Origin: Saprolegnia diclina VS20
Taxonomy: Eukaryota
DNA: 64,000 nt
Direction of reading: 5' to 3'
Assembly: GCF_000281045.1 (NCBI RefSeq)
Contig: NW_008246118.1
Coordinates: forward strand, 191,850-255,849
Shown here: positions 59,495 through 64,000 of the stretch, one piece after another
Layout of the letters: the number at the start of each line of letters is the position of its first letter
Numbering within the stretch: position 1 is the first letter of the stretch
Program-made: the position numbers and the translations under genes
Notes under the pieces: generated by a model
Told to the model about the DNA's origin: nothing
The model's input: only the letters and a program-made list of their open reading frames with translations
Database searches by the model: none

Positions 59495-60692
59495 AGAGGG
59501 CCGAGAGCACGCTGTAAATTGAATGTAATTTGTTTCTTTTCATCGTGCTTGGTCAGTGTGCATCTGAGCTAGAAAGGAAGTGATCGGCGCACCAACCTGT
59601 GCATCTGTGCGGTCGGCATCCCACTCTCCTGCTAAGGAGAATGCCTGTGCATTCGTCGTCTGCCACGCCTTCTTCACGTCCAACGCCTTGAGACTGGAGC
59701 GATCCAGGTCCAGCAGGCGGAGGTGCGGGACTGTTGGTTGCGTGGTGGGGCACTAAGTGTAGCTCACCTCAACGCCACTCGGCCGGGACACGGCGATGTA
59801 TGCTTGCACTTGATCTTCCGGGAGACGTCCGTTGATGTGGCTCTGTATGGCCTTTGGCTGGAGTCAGTAGACGCAGCTTAGCTGGATCACTCGCCGGTGT
59901 GTAAGGCTATGTCTCTCTCGAGTGGTTCACGTTTTGGTTATGAGAGGAGAGGTGAGCGCAGAACGGTGGATAGACCTATATGCACTGCAGTCGTATAAGA
60001 TGACGGCGCGGGACGATCCAGTGCTACGCTCGACGCGACCAAGCGCCGGGCAGCCCAAGGCGGAATCGGGCATAGAGATCTTTGAGACCACTGCACTGAG
60101 ACCGGTAGCGAGACGACAAGGACGGAGCATCGACGAAGCCCACGATGTGGCAGCAGGTGGCGGCATTATCCTCATGGTCACACAACTCGCTCATCCCAAG
60201 TCGTTCGTCATGGCCGCGTCGAAGCGCAAGGTGCACGCGTACGATGTGCGTGCGCAGTGCGACTGGCAGGGACATTCGTTCAAGCCTCGCTCCTATCGCC
60301 GCGATTCCTCGGGCTCGTGGGACCTCCTCGTGGGACCTCCTGGATCGAGACATTTGTGAAGAAGATCAATAAGCTCATGACCAAAGCAAGCCAGTACGCC
60401 CGACTACCAGTAGGTGCGCCCTAATAGCAGCAGCTACGCACTCGCACCACTTGCGCCTCGGAGCTATGTTGCTTGGGCTCCATCCTAGCCGCCAAGGTGT
60501 CTCAAGTCGCTCATGCTCCAAAAGAGGCTTATGTCTACCTACAGACTTGAGTCGGAACCCTTGGGCTCCACGCAGCAGAGCCACCCGACGTGCGACTAGC
60601 ATACTCTGGGAGCGCATTTGCTGTCACCCTTGCAACCGCAGTACGCATGAGCATTTGACGCATGACGGATGGTACAAATGCGTATAGGTTTA

Positions 60693-61810
60693 TTAGTCTT
60701 CCTTGCTCGCTTCCGAGTCGGACGACGTGCCTTCGTACTCGTCCTTGGCGGTATCGTGGACGCTGTGGGTCGTGACCTTGACCAAGAGACGCACGAGGAG
60801 AAAGCCCCACCAAACGTGCAGAATGTACAGCGTAATGAGGAGCGCGTTGAAGCCAAACCACATGGGCACGCCGGGGAAGCTCAAGATGCTGAGGTCGTGC
60901 GCGTCTTTGGGCGACATGCACGCCTCCCGGTTCTCCCAGAAGGCCGAGTTGATGAGCTTCACAGGGAAGAGGTAGATGCGCACGTAGAACCAGACGCTGA
61001 GCACGATGGCGAAGAGACCCTCGGTGATAAAGAGCCCCGACGCGCCTTCGAGCTTCATGTAGTTGGCCATCTTGAGCAGGTCGAGCGGGATGTCCGAAGC
61101 ATCGTGGACGATGAGGATCAAGACGCCGACGGGAAGGTACCCCTGCGCGTAGCTCCACGAGACGAGCGCGATCGTGACGACGTGGTGCGTCATCATGACG
61201 AGGTAGTCTTTGCGGATTTCTTCGAGGAATTTACAAGAAAAGGCCGTGTAAATCCAAATGGCCTACGTACAAACGGTCAAAATTCCGCATTCGCAAGGCG
61301 CGAGCAAGCACGTACGAGTTGCGTGATGTATAAGAACTTGGTTAAGTACTTTTGCGTCGGGAAGTCGCACGTCACGCTCTCCGGGTTCCACACTAGAGGC
61401 CATGCATGAGCTCCCTGCCATCATCATCAGCAAAATCATCGGGACGTACTCGAGCGCGTGTCCTGCCACCACGTCTCGTCCATGATGACGACGATCTCGA
61501 GCACGGTCATGGAGGCGTGGATCGCGAGCTGCCACGACTGGTCCGTGAACTTCTTCATCGTCGTCTTCTTCTTGAGCGGGTCGCCGAGGTGCTGCAGGAA
61601 TGTGCTGGAGATCCAGGCTCCGCTTGCGCGGAACGTCGCCTTGACGACGAAGATGGCCACGGCGACGACGAGGATCATGGCGCACAGCGTCATGAGGAGG
61701 TCGGTCTCGAGGATGTAGTAGAGCGAGATGCACTCGGCGAGCAGCGCGGCCATGAGGAGGCCATCGAGCACCGGATGCGGCTTGGCGATCGAGTTGCCCC
61801 GCTTGCCCAT
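60693..61810 (-). CDS. Ceramide synthase (LAG1/TLC family) B
   Basis: KKFTDQSWQL, RKDYLVMMTHHVVT...VHDASDIPLDLLK, WFYVRIYLFP. Two introns at equivalent positions to copy A. Confidence 0.92.
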
Positions 61811-62491
61811 CGCGTTGAAAAATCGAAAATGAGGTCGGCTGGGGCTGCTGCCGTTTTTTAAATTTTCGCATTTTGCATACAAATCTTTAGTGAGCTTCAA
61901 ACACGCGCATTGTAGAGGCCCATCACGCGCGATGATTGGCTGCAATATTGGATACGGGCCGGTAATTGGTCAGCTAATCTTTAGGGAGATTGCCATGGAT
62001 GGAAGAAGATTGCCAGCTGGTCGATCGCCGCCTGTCAGAGTACACAATATGTCGGTGCACCTTCACACAGCTAAATTAGCTGCCAGCGAACCGCTAGCGC
62101 GGAACCGCTGTGGTTGAGCTTGCGCCGAGCAGAGGCGAGGGATTATGTCACGCCGCTAGCGTAAACGATCACGCCAGATGCTTGTTGCATCAACATCAAG
62201 AACTTTTATGCGTGTGGACAGGTCCTGTGGACATGTTCGTCATCACGTCGCATGGTGCGACGAGTAGCCCGCCATCCAAGAGTTCAAGAGAAAGAGCGCG
62301 TAGAAGAGCGCGGCTTCCTGCTCTAAACCAGTCACTTGGCGCATTCTGACACTCGATGCTCCACGGAGCCTGCGCCAGTCCCACACGTCGGCACGATCGC
62401 GTACACAGACGTGCGCGCGCAAGGAAATGACAGGATCCCAGATCTTGGTCGGATCACGTGATCCGCGAGAAAGATGTTTACGCTTATGACG

Positions 62492-63814
62492 TTAAAGCCA
62501 CTCGCTGAGACGCGGCTTGCTGCTGGAAATCGTCGATCCGTCGTCGTCATGGTACGAGTCGAAGCGAAAGTCGTCCATCTCCGTATAGACCAGACGTTGG
62601 ACGTCGCGGTCGCGCTGCATTCGCACCGGCACGAGCACGACGGCGGTGATGAGCATGCTCCACGCCATCGCAAGAAGCGCGAGGAGCGCATTGGCGCCGA
62701 GCTGCTGCCACGTCGTCCGATCTTGCGCGCCGAGAAGCGCGCTACGCTGCGTGTCCGGAACGACGACGCTGGTCGCGAGTAGGCCAAAGACACCAGCGCC
62801 CAAGTGCAGAGCAACGGCGCTGCTGTACTCGCTCGGCACCCGGAGGCGTTGGACAGCCACCGCGGCTTTGGCAACGGCCAAGTAGACGCAAGCGCCAAGA
62901 ACGCCCAGTAGCAGCGCAACGTACGGAGGAACCAAGCCTGTCGCGCCCGAGCCAGCGACAAACCCCGCCATCGCGCACACAGAGACGTCGATGGCTGGCA
63001 ACGCCATGACGATCGCGACGAGCCCAACGAGCGAGCCACCTGCCGAGGCCAAGATGGTATCGACTGCGATGCCCACAAGCGTTGGCAGCCAGTTATCGCT
63101 GCGAAGAAAGAGCGTCGCGTGGCCGAGGGCGAGGCCCGGCCACCCGATCCCCGTGATGCCCGACGCGAGGACCGAGAAGGGGTCCGTAGCGTGCACATGG
63201 GCTGTCTGGAGCGTGTCGGGCAAAACAAGCATCGCGGTCAAAACAATGCTGCCAATAGGAATATGCACCGCAGCTAGCCCGCCCATGTCGATCGCGCCAA
63301 GACCGCTCCCGTCGGGGGTGAACCAGCCATGGTCCGCCCACGCGGCGAGCAAAATCGCAGGATACACGACGCCCCCCGCCGCCAATATCAAAACGAGCAG
63401 CAATTGAGACGGCAGCTGCAGGTGTAGTGTTCCGTGCAGCACCGAGATGAGGACGAGGCCTGTTGCAACGTGGAACATCAAGGCGTCGGCGGCCAGAGGA
63501 TCGAGCACCGCCGAGAGCAGCTGCAACACGAGGACGAGGACGGCCACGCCCATGCAAATGACTGTTGCGGGTTCAATCCTTGATGCTGTCTCGAGACCCG
63601 CGGTGTAGAGCGTACTGCGGCGCTCGAAGCTACTGGCGGCGGCGGCCATGGACGCCATGGCATGACCGATGGGCAACAGAAAGACGAGGAAGAGGCTCAT
63701 ATGAAGGGCGACCGTCCGCAGACTGGCGTCGTCAGCGGATGACGTGGCGCGAGCGTGGACGATGGAGGTCCACACAGCTGCCAGGTCGGGCGCGTCGATC
63801 ACGATGGTCTCCAT
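62492..63814 (-). CDS. Divergent ammonium transporter (Amt/Mep family)
   Basis: GAIDMGGLAAVH, GWPGL, AGFVAGSGATG..ALLLG, AVALHLGAGVFG and QQLGAN are colinear with recalled AmtB helices. Start at 63814 (METIV) or 63874. Confidence 0.75.
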   Translation of the reverse strand: METIVIDAPDLAAVWTSIVHARATSSADDASLRTVALHMSLFLVFLLPIGHAMASMAAAASSFERRSTLYTAGLETASRIEPATVICMGVAVLVLVLQLLSAVLDPLAADALMFHVATGLVLISVLHGTLHLQLPSQLLLVLILAAGGVVYPAILLAAWADHGWFTPDGSGLGAIDMGGLAAVHIPIGSIVLTAMLVLPDTLQTAHVHATDPFSVLASGITGIGWPGLALGHATLFLRSDNWLPTLVGIAVDTILASAGGSLVGLVAIVMALPAIDVSVCAMAGFVAGSGATGLVPPYVALLLGVLGACVYLAVAKAAVAVQRLRVPSEYSSAVALHLGAGVFGLLATSVVVPDTQRSALLGAQDRTTWQQLGANALLALLAMAWSMLITAVVLVPVRMQRDRDVQRLVYTEMDDFRFDSYHDDDGSTISSSKPRLSEWL

Positions 63815-63865
63815 GCCACCGAGTTGTGCCAGCAAAGAAGATCGCGGACGGCTTTGTTGTTCTTT

Positions 63866-63941
63866 GTACGTCATTGTACATTGTACGTGTCCATACTATA
63901 CCTAAGTAAACTCGTACAACTGTACGTACTTTATAGTGTAC
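63866..63941. promoter_or_regulatory. GTAC motif cluster (7 copies in 76 bp) upstream of the Amt-like gene
   Basis: GTAC at 63866, 63876, 63883, 63914, 63922, 63926 and 63938. Confidence 0.6.
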
Positions 63942-64000
63942 TATATTCGGCAGACGCCATGCTGAAGAGCCACCGTGGCAACACCTGTAGGCAGCGGTGT

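Noticed and set aside
62450..62465. 16-bp palindrome CGGATCACGTGATCCG
   Set aside because: Single occurrence just 3' of the Amt gene, with no supporting context.

Overview
GC-rich, gene-dense eukaryotic DNA with many very short (~40-60 nt) GT-AG introns and oomycete-type INR/FPR core promoters. It is most consistent with an oomycete, probably Saprolegniales (inferred, not confirmed). There are three N-gaps. About 33 protein-coding genes are visible. Conserved genes: OLA1/YchF, V-ATPase c'' proteolipid, SPEF2, mitochondrial TypA/BipA, ChaC, SAM50, SETD9-like, WKF-domain and two ceramide synthases. Local paralog clusters: four ~660-aa multi-pass membrane proteins, four temptin-like GPI-type proteins, three membrane-tethered CAP/SCP proteins plus one TGA-interrupted CAP gene, and two convergent C69 peptidases. 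The most striking unexplained signal is dense GTAC-motif clusters directly upstream of three nitrogen-scavenging genes (both peptidases and a divergent ammonium transporter), with a small C-x16-C-x2-H zinc-finger gene next door. This is a candidate regulon. Other notable items are a 34-bp TIR-only element with an 8-bp target duplication, a 10x RRxS phospho-site array on a permease tail, and a ChaC motif assembled from three micro-exons. All family assignments come from recalled motifs aligned by eye, and exon structures were inferred by hand.
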